Shown here: positions 11,278 through 23,419 of the stretch, in pieces
Layout: every line of letters begins with the position of its first letter
Numbering within the stretch: position 1 is the first letter of the stretch
Origin: Octopus bimaculoides
Lineage: Eukaryota
DNA: 53,110 bases
Direction of reading: 5' to 3'
NCBI RefSeq assembly: GCF_001194135.2
Contig: NC_069004.1
Location: 5,375,417 to 5,428,526 of the forward strand
Translations under genes and position numbers: made by a program
Notes under the pieces: model-generated
Told to the model about the DNA's origin: nothing
The model's input: only the letters and a program-made list of their open reading frames with translations
Database searches by the model: none

Positions 11278-11660
11278 ATGCGTATTTGGTTCTGTTTGTA
11301 TGTATGCATCTTTTTGTATGTGTGTGTGTATACACCCTTTTGTGTGTGTGTATGCATCCGTTTGTGTGTGTGTGTGTGTATGTATGTGTATGTCTTTGCA
11401 CCTGTGTGTGTCTTTGTACCTCAGTGTGTGTATGTGGTTCTGTGTGTGTGTGTGTGTGTGTATGTGGTTCTCTGTGTGTATGTGGTTCTCTGTGTCTTTT
11501 TTACCTCTCTGTGTATATGTGGTTCTGTGTGTGTATGTGTGTGTTTGCATCTTTTCGTGTGTATGTATGCGTCTTTGTGTGTGTGTGTGCCGGTATGTGT
11601 GTGAGTGTCTTTGTACCTGTGTGCCTGTATGTGTATGTGGTTCTGTGTGTGTGTGTGTGT
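11170..11660. repeat. Compound (TG)n satellite with recurring TGTGGTTCT and TCTTTGTACC motifs
   Basis: Directly visible. Confidence 0.9.
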
Positions 11661-11814
11661 TATCAAGGCCAGTCTGTCAGGCAGTCACTTGTCTTCTTAA
11701 AGCTGCTTTCTTCCTTCTCTCCTACACTTCTCCTCTCAGCTCTTGTCACTAGAAATTGTTTAAATAGTTCTGCTTTCCTTCCTTTATATACATCTATTTA
11801 TTTACTTAATATTG

Positions 11815-12458
11815 AGTGAGAGAGCAAAGCATGCCATCAAAGTGACACTGGGGTACAAATATACGAAGCCCAGTATACCCATCATGACTACCCGTCTGAT
11901 AAGGGTACACCAGGCACATGCATCACAACCATGTGTGCACGACATGGTGATCTCATATCAAGATAAATTGTGCATTATCTTGCAAGTGACACCTAGTTAG
12001 AATTCTCTTCAGGTCGAGTAGCCCACCCTGCTCACAAGGTCTACCCGTTTGATAAGGGTACACCAGGCACATGCATCACAACCATTTGTGCCCGCCACGG
12101 TGATCTCATATCAAGATAAACAGCACATGACCTTGCAGGTGGGGCCCAGTTAGAACTTTCTTCAGGTCAAGTAGCCCATCCTGCTCAAAAGCTCCTTGAA
12201 TAAGTTTTGTTTCAGGATGATGAACAAAACACCCACGTTTCCAAAGCTGAATTATTCAAACCCCAAAGAATCCCTCTCAACACATGGCTATAATGCTCCC
12301 CCACTACTTCTGCTCATGATCAGAGAGGCACATATCGTCAGCCACTAAGTGACATGCTCAACTGGTTAAGGTCAAACAACTGACAAGCAAATCTGTGGTA
12401 TTGAGCAGAATATTTGCTGTAGCCCATCTTTTATACCAAGACGAAATAATGTACACAT
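11815..12458. mobile_element. Unclassified interspersed repeat (possibly a solo LTR) with an internal 153-bp tandem duplication
   Basis: Units 11888-12040 and 12041-12193 are clearly homologous; minus-strand TATAAAAG near 12430; resembles a repeat I recall from octopus DNA (unverified). Confidence 0.5.
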
Positions 12459-12488
12459 GTGGCTGAGTACTCCACAGATGCGTGTACT

Positions 12489-12639
12489 TGGAGTGGCTGG
12501 CGTTAGGAAGGGCATCCAGCTGTAGAAACTCTGCCAGATCAGATTGGAGCCTGGTGCAGCCTTCTGGTTCGCCAGTCCTCAGTCAAATCATCCAACCCAT
12601 GCTAGCATGGAAAGTGGACGTTAAACGATGATGATGATG
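12489..12639 (+). mobile_element. RTE-LINE 3' end (family A)
   Basis: Near-identical to 7560-7715 with a (GAT)n tail. Confidence 0.9.
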
Positions 12640-13017
12640 CTATATATATATATATAAATATATATATATATATTATTTTATATTATATTATATTATATAT
12701 CATTTATTTATTACATATGTATGCTACTAATGTGAATATTATTGTCAGATTATTTCAATATCATCCGATATAACAAAGCTTCTCTGTACTTAATCAAACA
12801 TTCCTTGACATAATCTAAGGTGTGGACGTATTTATGATGTATAATGGACTTTTAATAAACTGTATATACTCACATATAAATTGCACTGGTAGATTATTCA
12901 TCCTTTGTTTGTGTTTAATATATTTCGTACTATGCCATTGACTCGTCTGTGAATCACGCTTTGATTTTTGTATATATAACTAGTGACTACATTTGTGGTT
13001 GCGTTTAAACAATGAAC

Positions 13018-13233
13018 AGGCATGGCTGTGTGGTAAGTAGCTTGCTTACCAACCACATGGTTCTGGGTTCAGTCCCACTGCCTGGCACCTTGTGAGTGGA
13101 TTTGGTAGACGGAAAATGGAAGAAGCCTATCGTATATATATATATATATATATATAGGTGTAGGTGTGTGGTAAGTAGCTTGCTTACCAACCACATGGTT
13201 CTGGGTTCAGTCCCACTGCATGGCACTTTGAGC
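13018..13233 (+). mobile_element. SINE family B, internally deleted copy plus a second 5' head
   Basis: TGGCTGTGTGGTAAGTAGCTTGCTTACCAACCACATGGTTCTGGGTTCAGTCCCACTG at 13023; near-identical second head at about 13157-13233, separated by (TA)n. Confidence 0.9.
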
Positions 13234-13234
13234 A

Positions 13235-13346
13235 GTTAGGTTTACGGTTAGGGTTTTAGGGTTTGGGTTAGGGAATTCCATCCCTAACAGTAACCGAAAT
13301 CGTAACCGTAACACTAACCCTAAACCCTAACCCGAACCCTAACACC
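13235..13346. repeat. Head-to-head degenerate telomere-type array (TTAGGG)n...(CCCTAA)n
   Basis: Perfect TTAGGG at 13248, 13256, 13268; perfect CCCTAA at 13282, 13318, 13325, 13337; central 8-bp stem GTTAGGGA/TCCCTAAC with loop ATTCCA. Confidence 0.8.
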
Positions 13347-14196
13347 TTAGTGAAGATCGTGTGGGTGTTAATCTGAAAAATTACCACTTAAAACCAGCCT
13401 CTTCCTAACTCAACAATTTTCCTTCAGTTATAATGGTTGTATATCAGTGTTTATAGTCATCTTGTTCTGTCAGAAATTCGATGAAATTTTTCAACACTTC
13501 TAACAAATCTGTGCTCAGAGAGGTGAAAAGTTTAGACAGATATGTATAATATAACATGCGTTATCATTCGCAGCCGACTTAGCTCAGTGGTAAAATCGAA
13601 TTTTCTCCATAAGCGGTCTGGTCTACTCTTCGTCAACCTGTGTTTGTTTACAGCACCAGTATGTATATAGATTGTGTTAGTGATAAAGATATGATCAGTT
13701 CGCTCTACATATTCAATCATTTGTTGACGGATGTTTGTGTATTGAGGATTTCAAACGCTAGGCAAGGTTCACTTAACAAGTTGCAGGTGGTTTTCCACGC
13801 TGTTCGATTAAATATAAGCCAATAAAAATAACAGCGACAATAACAAAGTGTGACTTAGATCTAGAAGTACCTGAGGCTTTATTGCTATCAGGAGAGAGGG
13901 GGAAAAAAAAAGTGACATTATTTATAGTGATTTAAACTCTTTGTGATGCAGCAGTTATCTCGGACAATGAGAGATAAACGAATATAACATACTTCCGGTC
14001 ATGCCCATATGCCATTCCGAATATGACCACATATTTGAGACTAGGGATGTGGTGAGGAAATGAATCGGATTTTGTTCTTGTGTCTAATGCACACGCTCGA
14101 TTTTTTTTGGTTGGAATTTCCAGAAAAATAAAATGTGTAATATGTCTATCTGACTGTCTGTGTATCCATCTCTGTCTGTCTGTCTGTCTGTCTTTG

Positions 14197-14247
<51 letters not shown>

Positions 14248-14809
14248 NNNNNNNNNNNNNNNNNNNNNNNNNNNNNNNNNNNNNNNNNNNNNNNNNNNNN
14301 NNNNNNNNNNNNNNNNNNNNTATATATATATATATATATAGGTTGGCTTGTTGGCATGTATGTTTAATAAAGATAGTGTTTAAAGGAGAGAACTGTATGT
14401 GTGTGAGTGTGTATATATGTTTGTGGTCTCTAAGTGCTTGTGTGTACGTATGTATGTATGTCTGTGATGTATATATATGTATGTGTGTATATATATGTGT
14501 GTGTGTATGTGTGTAAAAGAGGGAGGGATAGTGTTAGTGTTGTGTGTAGAGATGCAAATGTCTATGTTGAAGTTTATAAGTGTGTATTTGTATGTATGTA
14601 TATACGTATTTTATATATATATATATATATCTATATATGTATCTATATATGGTGTGTAAGAGAGTGGATGTGCATGAAGTCTACATGTGTGTGTGTGTGT
14701 GAAGGAGAGAGAGAGAGGCAGACAGATCCCCCCCCCCTATCACAATGTGTCAACAACTGTTGTTTGGTTTCATGCTTCAGATAAAAAGAGCATTAATTAT
14801 TTATCATTA

Positions 14810-15210
14810 CCATGGCAACCACCACTGCAACAACAACAACAACAACAGCAGTAGCAGCAGCAACCTTCACATTTGCTATAATCATCATCATCATCATCAT
14901 CATCAATCATTTATCATTTATAATTATCATTTGTCATCACCACCACCACCACCACCATCTTTGTTATCACACCACCATCCATCCATCCATCCATCACCAT
15001 TCATCTCTAACTATATCATCATCATTACCAACACCACTACTTCTACCACCACCACCATCATCCTCATCATCATCATCATCATCATTACTATTATCATTAT
15101 CATTTTTCTCCTCGTCGCCTGTCATTATACCATCGCTGTCCTCATAGCCATCAACATAATGGTGACCACTACCACCACCACTATCACTACCACCGCCACC
15201 ACCACCTTTA
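14810..15210. repeat. Compound trinucleotide repeats (CAA/CAG/CAT/CAC)
   Basis: Directly visible; gives the poly-H/N/P/T/I pseudo-ORFs. Confidence 0.9.
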
Positions 15211-15515
15211 TCGTCAATAAATGTTAGATACAGTGACTATTGTTAGTTGTCAAGCTACGTGGGCAAGGACGACGACAACATCATCAGAAACATTCGATAA
15301 AGTAATCCTAGATACACTTTGCAAAAGAAGAAAAATAATTATAAAGGAATCGGTTAAACATTTGGAATGTATTTGATCATGGAGGTCTGCCTGATTGGGT
15401 CTGACCTGGGGTTAAACAACAGCAACAATGCTGTAGACCTCTACGGTCAAAGTTATTCCACCTATTTATCCTGAAGCATTTTTTGGGGGTTTGTGTGTGT
15501 TTTTGTGATATAGTA

Positions 15516-15926
15516 GGTGTAGAAGTGGCTGTGTGGTAAGTAGCTTGCTAACGAGCCACATGGTTCCGGGTTCAGTCCCACTGCGTGTCACTTTAGACAA
15601 GTATCTTCTACTATAGCCTCGGGCCGACCAAAGCCTTGTGAGTGGATTTGGTAGACGGAAACTGAAAGAAGCTCATCGTATATATATATATTGTTGTTGG
15701 CAGTCCATCGCTTTGACGACGATGGTTCCAGTTGATCCGATCAACGGAACAGCCTGCTCGTGAAATTAATGTGCAAGTGGCTGAGCACTCCACAGACACG
15801 TGTACCCTTAACGTAGTTCTTGGGGGATATTCAGCGTGACACAGTGTGAGAAGGCTGACCCTTTGAATTACAGGCACAACAGAAACAGGAAGAAAGAATG
15901 AGAAAAAGTTGTGGTGAAAGAGTACA
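15516..15926 (+). mobile_element. SINE family B head/core, (TA)n, then tail module E
   Basis: tRNA head, core CTTCTACTATAGCCTCGGGCCGACCAAAGCC (CORE-like), then GATCCGATCAACGGAACAGCCTGCTCGTG module up to the gap. Confidence 0.85.
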
Positions 15927-16000
15927 NNNNNNNNNNNNNNNNNNNNNNNNNNNNNNNNNNNNNNNNNNNNNNNNNNNNNNNNNNNNNNNNNNNNNNNNNN

Positions 16001-16080
16001 AAGGTGCCATGAAGTGGGACCGAACCTGGAACCATGTGGTTGAGAATCAAGCTACTTACCACACAGCTATACCTCTGCCT
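16001..16080 (-). mobile_element. SINE family B head fragment
   Basis: aaggtgcc...gtgggaccgaacctggaaccatgtgg...ttaccacacagc. Confidence 0.8.
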
Positions 16081-16352
16081 ATATACACAAAACCGTTCAG
16101 ATTTGTTTCTATTTCTAGCAGGTCAAACAACCACTTGGCTGTCTAGCTTGTTAACTCATTATCTCATGATATAATTGGCCTTTTTTTTTTATTTTTTATT
16201 TTTTTTCTTCTTTTCCCTCATGTGACATGGTGCTTATGAAACGAATGGCTTGAAACAATGCGATTTTCAACAAACTAACCTGCTCATAGTGTTTTATATT
16301 GAACAGAAGGTATTCATCCACAGCATTGTAGCATGGATATACAATTGAATAA

Positions 16353-16394
<42 letters not shown>

Positions 16395-16639
16395 AGGGAT
16401 AACTTATTAACAAAAATAGATGGGGAAACAAAACAAAAAAAATTAATAAATAAAAAAGAACCATTCGAGAAAGGGGGAAAAAATGCAGAAAAAGTAATAA
16501 ATAAATATTAAAAAAAAGGTTCCCCCTCCCCTCTTCTCAACTAAAAAGAATTATATAAAGAATAGAAAAGAATAAGCAAAAGAAAACAAAAATTATATAA
16601 ATGATGAAAGAAAAGAAAATGTTTTTGTTATTGTTTTTG

Positions 16640-16915
16640 ATGAAAATCGTATGAATAATAATAATAATAATAGTTAATATTATTATTATGATATTGATGA
16701 TAATAATAATAGTAATACTACAACTAATATTAATAAAAATGGTTACTATATTAATAATAACAACAATGATAATAATAATTGGTAATAATAATAATAGTAA
16801 TTGTAGTAAGAATAATAGCAATAATGATAATGCTTATAGTAGTAGTAGTAGTAATAATAATAACAATAGTAATGGTAGTATTATTACTAATAGTGGTAAT
16901 AAAAATAGTAATAAA
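16640..16915. repeat. Degenerate (TAA)/(TAG)n tract
   Basis: Directly visible. Confidence 0.9.
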
Positions 16916-17357
16916 ATCATACAAGAAAAATATAAAAAATAGATGATAAAAGATTAAAAAGTAATAAAAAAATAGATAAATAAATGAATAATTAATGAAA
17001 AGAAAAAAAAAACTTAATCAAAGAATCACTAGAAACAAACAGTCGCAAGCAATAAATTCCATGCCAAACATCATCTCTTGTTACCGTTCTTCAGAAACCA
17101 TTCAAATGCGGAGGGGAACAATGAAATGATGGTAAAAATAACCAGACAGGATGAGGAAGAGGAGGGTGGGGGGTGGCAGAAGAGGATTTATTTACCACAA
17201 GGGTAGTAGATAATAATAATAATAATAATGATTATTATTATTATTATTATAATGATTTCTTTATTGGCCACAAGGGTCAAATACAAAACAAATAGGAGCA
17301 ATGCAAGGGACAAGTGGGCTTTGAAACAATAATAATAATAATAATAATAATGGTAAT

Positions 17358-17568
17358 CTTTTCTACTCTAGGCAGAAGGCCCAAAATTTTGGGGATGAAG
17401 GCTAGTCAATTAGATTGACCCAGTATGCAACTGGTACTTAATTTATCGATCCCGAAAGGATGAAAGGCAAAGTTGACTCCGGTGGAATTTGAACTCAGAA
17501 CGTAAAGATGGACGAAATGCTGCTAAGCATTTTGCCCGGCATGCTAACGATTCTGCCAGCTTACGGCC

Positions 17569-17606
<38 letters not shown>

Positions 17607-17715
17607 TCTTTCTATTAAAGACACAAGGCCTGAAATTTGTGGGGAGGGGACCAGTTGATTACATTGACCCCCCCCCCTCAGTATTTCACTGGTACTTAAT
17701 CTTTTGACCACGAAA
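17358..17715 (-). mobile_element. SINE family C, one near-full copy (17358-17568) and one partial copy
   Basis: atcgatcccgaaaggatgaaaggcaaagttgactccggtggaatttgaactcagaacg...ctgccagc. Confidence 0.85.
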
Positions 17716-17717
17716 GG

Positions 17718-18033
17718 TTGCTAGGCAACTTTGTTAGGCCCAGTGTCTGAAGATCCTTTCACACCACCTCGTCCCATGTTTTCTTGCGTGGACCCCCTTC
17801 CACAGGTTCCATTCACAATTAGAGATCTACACCTCTTTTAGCAGCTATCCTCATGCAAATGCATCACATGACCAAACCAGTGTACTCTTTTATTTTGCAC
17901 ACAACATATGATAACTGGTATACTCAGTTTTCTTAAATCATTTACACTGTCATATATGCACACTGACATTACCCATTCAATGCAGCATGCTAGCTTCATT
18001 TCTTTCAAGTTGATGCATGTTCTCTGTAGTCAA

Positions 18034-18034
<1 letters not shown>
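17718..18034 (-). pseudogene. RTE-clade LINE ORF C-terminal remnant
   Basis: Translation (with frameshifts/stops) TTENMHQLERNEASMLH*MGNVSV...VQNKRVHWFGHVMHLHEDSC*KRCRSLIVNGTCGRG/PRKTWDEVV*KDLQTLGLT, containing the RTE-typical W(F/Y)GHV and GRGRP.KTW motifs. Confidence 0.9.
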
Positions 18035-18072
<38 letters not shown>

Positions 18073-18321
18073 TTGAATAAAGTTAAGACACGGTCTGATC
18101 GTCATGTTTTATATTATGGTATTTTAACATTAAAAACGTGCAGATATGAACTGCAAAAGCAGAAATTTGATCTACTGTAGATCAAATTTCCGCTTTTGCT
18201 GTTCATATCTGCATTGTTTTTAATTTTGAAATACCATAATAAAAAACGTGACAACCAGATCATGTTTTAACTTTATTCAACTGATGTATTATTCTATACA
18301 CATTCACACAAATTCAAAACA

Positions 18322-18365
<44 letters not shown>

Positions 18366-18529
18366 NNNNNNNNNNATATATATATATATATATATACATA
18401 CATACATACATACATACATATGATGGATTCATCCATCAAAGATGACATATGAGCATTCAGCTTTTGCCGAACAACTCTCACGAACGATTTGTTTATAATG
18501 ATCAAATGTCCGAGGTGCACATTTGCTAA

Positions 18530-18716
18530 CTCTCTCCATTGAATGAACCTTGTCTGAACAGGTGCATGGTGTACCTCACGTCAGCTGTTGAAGTAATTAC
18601 AGAGCAATGTGAGGTGAAGCCTCTTGCTGAAGAACACAATGCAACACCCGGTCTAGGAATTGAAGCCATGATCCTGCGTGAGTGAAATGCCCTAACTACT
18701 AAGCCATGTTCCCTCA
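18530..18716 (-). mobile_element. SINE family G
   Basis: tRNA head on the reverse strand (..CATGGCTTAGTAGTTAGGGCATTTCACTC..) plus tcttgctgaagaacacaatgc. Confidence 0.75.
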
Positions 18717-18757
18717 TGTATGCATGTGTGCATACATATATATGTATATATATATAT

Positions 18758-18970
18758 AATCATTTAACGTCTGTTGTCCATGCTGGCATGGGTTGGACAG
18801 TTTGATCAGGGCTGGCCAGCTGGAGGGCTGCACCAGACCCCAGTCTGATTTGGCATGGTTTTCTACAGCTGGGTGCCCTTCCTAACGCCAACCACTCTGA
18901 AAGTGTAATGGGTGCTTTGTAATGGGTGCTTTGTAATGGGTGCCATTGAAAGGAACTCAGCCACTTTGCC
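18758..18970 (-). mobile_element. RTE-LINE 3' end (family A) ending in a triplicated 14-mer GTAATGGGTGCTTT
   Basis: Homology to the other family A copies; the 14-bp tandem is visible at 18905-18944. Confidence 0.85.
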
Positions 18971-19029
18971 TAGATAGATATACATTTAATGGTCACAAAA
19001 TATGTTAAAGCACAGCAAAGTGTCAAAAT

Positions 19030-19650
19030 CATTAGTGTTTTGAATAAGGTGCTTGGTAGCATTTCTTCTTGATCTCTAAGTTCTGAGTTCAAATTCTGCT
19101 TAGGTCAGCTTTGTCTTCTATCATTTCAGGCTTAATTAAATTAGTAAGAGTCAAGCATTGGGGTTACTGTAATTGACCTACCCCAGTCCCCTCAAAATTT
19201 CTGTTCTTGTGCCACAATTAGAAAGAAAGTAATGTCCACACTGACAGAAGTGTTAATATGTTGGACATGATGATATTTAGCATCAGTTCTTTAAGTTCTG
19301 AGATCAAATTCCACCAAGGTCAAATTTACATTTTATCCTTTCAGAATCGATACCAATTGAGTTCTGGGGTTAGTGTAATCGATTTTCCCCTCCCCTCAAA
19401 ATCGCTGGCCTTGTGCCAAGATCAGGAAGAAGGGGTGAGCTGGCAGAGTTGTAAGCGAGCTGGATATAATGCTTAATGGCATCTCTCTGAGCTCTTTAAA
19501 TTCTGAGTTTGAGTACCCCCGAGGTTGTCATTGTCTTTCATCCTTTTGGTGGTCGATAAAATAAATACAGTTGAACACTTAGGTCAGTATAATTGGCTTA
19601 CCCCTCCCCTCAAAGTTCTGGCCTTTTGCCAAAATTTGCCAAAACCATTA
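19030..19650 (+). mobile_element. Three consecutive degenerate family C SINEs
   Basis: Three sets of TTCTGAG(T/A)TCAAAT...CTTT(C)ATC...CCCTC...TTGTGCCA at about 19030-19230, 19250-19425 and 19430-19650. Confidence 0.75.
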
Positions 19651-19976
19651 TTAGATTTGGAAACAAATTTACGACCAGATTATATCATGTTATTGCAAGA
19701 ACATAATTTATTGCGAAAAAAATGTCACTTTTCGTTGATAAATATTTTGACAAATTCATTAATACAACTTAACTAATTAATGCAGTATGTGAGTTAGTAG
19801 GATGTTTCTTACTCTTTTTGTCCCGATAGTGGTCATTCTCTGGTTACCTACCATGTGGCCAATTTCATTTTGTGTTACCATTAACTGCCGGATGTGAATT
19901 GCTATCTCAAAACTCCTGCTACAATATTCCATAACAGTGGGGGACAGAAAAATTAGTTCCCCATTATAATTTATGT

Positions 19977-20286
19977 GGAGGCACATGGCCTAGTGGTTAA
20001 AGCAGCAGACTTGTTGTCGAGGGATTGCAGGTTCGAATCTCAGACTGGGCAATGGGTATGTTTATGAGGGAAAACCTAAGCTCCGTGCGGCTCTGGCAGA
20101 AGGTAATGGCGAACTTCTGCTGACTCTTTCTCCGCAAGTTTCTCTCTCACTTTTTCCTCCTGCATCTAGCTGCTCACCTGTACAGACCGGCGTCCTGTCC
20201 AGGTGGGGAACCTATACGCCAATGAAACCAGGAAACCAGCCCTTATGAACCACGTATGGCTTGAGAAGGAACAAACAGCAACAACA
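19977..20286 (+). mobile_element. Full-length tRNA-derived SINE (family F) with V-domain-like core
   Basis: A box TGGCCTAGTGG, B box GGTTCGAATCTC, core GACCGGCGTCCTGTCCAGG (V-SINE-like), (AAC)n tail. Confidence 0.85.
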
Positions 20287-20394
20287 TTATAATTTATGAT
20301 AATATTAACAGATAATCTCAAGACGGATAAGCTCAAGACATTTATGATAATATTAGCAGATAAGCTCAAGACAAGATCATTTGCATGTTGGTCC

Positions 20395-20580
20395 AAATGC
20401 TCAATGGAATTCTGTCTGGCTCTTTATGTCTAGAGTAGATCAAATCTTGCTGAGGTTGACTTAGCCTTTCATACATTTGAGGTCAATAAAATAAAGTACC
20501 AGTCAAGTACTGGGGGCTGATGTAATCAACTTAACCCTCTCCTAAAATTGTTGGCCTTGTGCCAAAATTTGAAAACATTA
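20395..20580 (+). mobile_element. SINE family C, degenerate
   Basis: gttgacttagcctttcat...gtcaataaaataaagtaccagtcaagtactgggg...ggccttgtgcc. Confidence 0.75.
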
Positions 20581-21099
20581 TTATTCAAATACGAAACAGA
20601 AGCAGCACTAGTGTAATAACATTATCAATCACATATACTCAACTGGTAGGCTGCGATTTGGTACGGTGGAGAATACTCTCTCAAAACGCTGAGTGTTAAA
20701 ACATCTGAAAGTCATGGAAAAGCGATTCCGTCCAAGGGTTATGGACATTGATGTTTCATCATTTTTGTGGCTTATCAATACTACGCACCTGAACAGGATC
20801 TTTGGATGGGTAGGCAGCTTTGACCCAACACATCCAAAATATACACATCTGATTCACATATACACACATGACTTCACATCACATCTGAAAGAAGTGTGTG
20901 TGTGTGCTTGTGTGTGTGAATACCTTGTGGTAGTTATATTGTGTATAAGGATGTCATTTTGAGCTGAGCTGTTCAATAAATAGAAATCAATACAATGGGA
21001 TGTGGGACAAAATATGAAGTTGATATAGTTTAATGGAGGCTCTTTGAAGTTGATGCTCCAGCATGGCCACAGGACATTGAAACAAACTGGTAACAGTGA

Positions 21100-21124
21100 A
21101 TGTGTATGCATGTGTGTATGCATA

Positions 21125-21162
<38 letters not shown>

Positions 21163-21439
21163 GTTTGTTTATATATAATTAATGTATATATAGTGAGTAT
21201 ATGTATGAACATATATATATATATATATAGTGTGTGTGTGTGAATATACATGTATATGTGTGTGTGTATATGTATATAGGTATATATTTGTATATATGTG
21301 GAATACGTATGTATGTGGGTATAAATGGATGTATAGTGGGTATAAGAGTGTACATTTATATATGTATACGTGTGTATATGAGTACATATTTATGTATATG
21401 TATATATGTGTAATATATGTTTGTGTACACACACATGTA

Positions 21440-21479
<40 letters not shown>

Positions 21480-21533
21480 GTATATACATACATGTACACA
21501 TACACATGTATTTTATGTAGATATATACATATT

Positions 21534-21601
<68 letters not shown>

Positions 21602-21660
21602 CATCTGTGTACACACAAACACACACGTATATATAAATAGACACACACACACACACACAC
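21100..21660. repeat. Compound (TA)/(TG)/(CA) microsatellite
   Basis: Directly visible. Confidence 0.95.
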
Positions 21661-21789
21661 ACCGTTGCTGCAATTATAATAGAATGGTATGAGAGCATTA
21701 TCTTGTAGCTGAATTGAGAGTATGATGGAGTTGTGCCAGATAGGGACCAGGGGTTGATGGCGAAACGAGAGGGAAGGGGGGAGAAAAAA

Positions 21790-21899
21790 CAGTGTTGTTG
21801 TTGTTGCTGTTGTTATTTTTACTGTTGTCCAACAGAAGCAATACCTGGTGGTGGTGATGGCGGTGATGGCGCCATATGTGCTTGTTTGGCAGCAGCAGT

Positions 21900-21951
<52 letters not shown>

Positions 21952-21990
21952 AAAGCTGTATTGGTAGTAGTAGTAGTAGTTGTTGTAGCC
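21790..21990. repeat. (GTT)/(GCA)/(GTA)n trinucleotide array
   Basis: Directly visible. Confidence 0.9.
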
Positions 21991-22629
21991 AGGAATAAAA
22001 CCTGAACTAACCACTTCCCTCATAACCTCCTCCCCCTTCTCTCCACCTCCACTCTCGTCACCACCACCACTCCATCCTCACCTCTCCCTCCCTCTTCTCC
22101 ATTCTCCCTCCGTCCCTTCCTCCCACACTGCTGTTTTGATTGAGTTGGCAGGTGTTCTAAAATAAAACTTACCTGGATGGCTTTTGATTTAATCTCTTAA
22201 TTAAGGGACCGACGGACAGACGCACGGACGTACAGACGGACGGACGGACAGACTGACAGACATGCCGACAGATGGGCAGACTGGTGGTGGTGGTGGTGAC
22301 TGGACAAGCAGAGACACAGAAGCACCGTCAGACAAATAGATGGACATATAATGAGAAACTGACCAAAATTATAAATCTGGAAATGGCCAGTTGTTGTTGT
22401 TGTTTGGTCCAAATCCCTATGTGGGTTAAATATTTTGGCTTGGAATTTTTATATGCCTTGTCCTGCACTACCTCCCTTTTTTATGGGGGGGGGGCGAAGG
22501 GGGGAATTTTGTACTTTTTTCCTTTGTTTTCCAGTTTTGTTGTTTTTCTTTTTGTTTGTAAATCTCTATATTTAGGTCTGTCTGTCGGTCAGTTTCTCCA
22601 TCTATTTTCTCTCTTGATCTCCATGTCCA

Positions 22630-22875
22630 TTCCTCTCTCTCTCTCTCTCTCTCACCTTCAAGCTCTCCCTCGCTCTCGTTTTCAAGCTCATTCTATTTCT
22701 CTCTCTCTCTCTCTCTCTTTCAAGCTCTCTATTTCTCTCTCTCTCTCTCTCTTTCAAGCTCTCTATTTCTCTCTCTCTCTTGCCTTCAAGCTCTCCCTCT
22801 CTCTTCTTTTCAAGCTCTCTTTCGATTTCTCTCTCTCTCTTTCAAGCTCTTTCCATTTCTTTGTCTCTCTCTCCA
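22630..22875. repeat. Minisatellite of TTCAAGCTCT(C) anchors separated by variable (CT)n
   Basis: About 7-8 recurrences of ttcaagctc within a CT tract. Confidence 0.85.
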
Positions 22876-23172
22876 AATTTTGCAACCATTATTATTATTA
22901 TTATTGTGATGGTGGTGGAGTGATAGTAATGGTCAAGTGCCTCCCCCTATTGGGAGTTTTATTTGTTATATCTTTCTCTGTTTTCCTAACTGTTTGCACG
23001 AACGTTTTCTACTTTTCGGACAAAACCCTTTGAAACCTTCGTCCTGTCTTAGTCCTTACATGTTTTTGATTTATATTAGCCCTTGTGGCCAATAAAACAG
23101 AATTAATTATTATTATTATTAATTTCAGGCCTTGTGCCTCTAGCAGAAAAGATTATTATTATTGTTATTATA

Positions 23173-23366
23173 AGGTAGCTAACAAGCAGAAACGTTAGCA
23201 TGCCGAGTGAAATACTTAGCGGCTTTTTATATATTCTGAGTTCAATTTCCACCAAGGTCAACTTTGCTTTTCATCGTTTCAAGGTCAATGAGTACCAGTT
23301 GAACACTGGGGTCGATGCAATTGACTATACAACAAAATTTCAGGCTCTGTGCCTCAAGCAGAAAGA
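23173..23366 (+). mobile_element. SINE family C
   Basis: GCAGAAACGTTAGCATGCCGAGTGAAATACTTAGCGG...GAGTTCAATTTCC...TTTCATC...ACTGGGGTCGATG. Confidence 0.85.
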
Positions 23367-23369
23367 ATT

Positions 23370-23382
23370 ATCATTATTATTA

Positions 23383-23419
<37 letters not shown>

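Noticed and set aside
13573-13595. tRNA-like 5' segment GCCGACTTAGCTCAGTGGTA
   Set aside because: A-box-like only; no anticodon arm, T-loop/B box or acceptor partner follows
19977-20050. tRNA-like sequences here and at 29980, 31760 and 43400
   Set aside because: These are SINE heads continuing into repeat bodies, with no closed acceptor stem, so they are not tRNA genes
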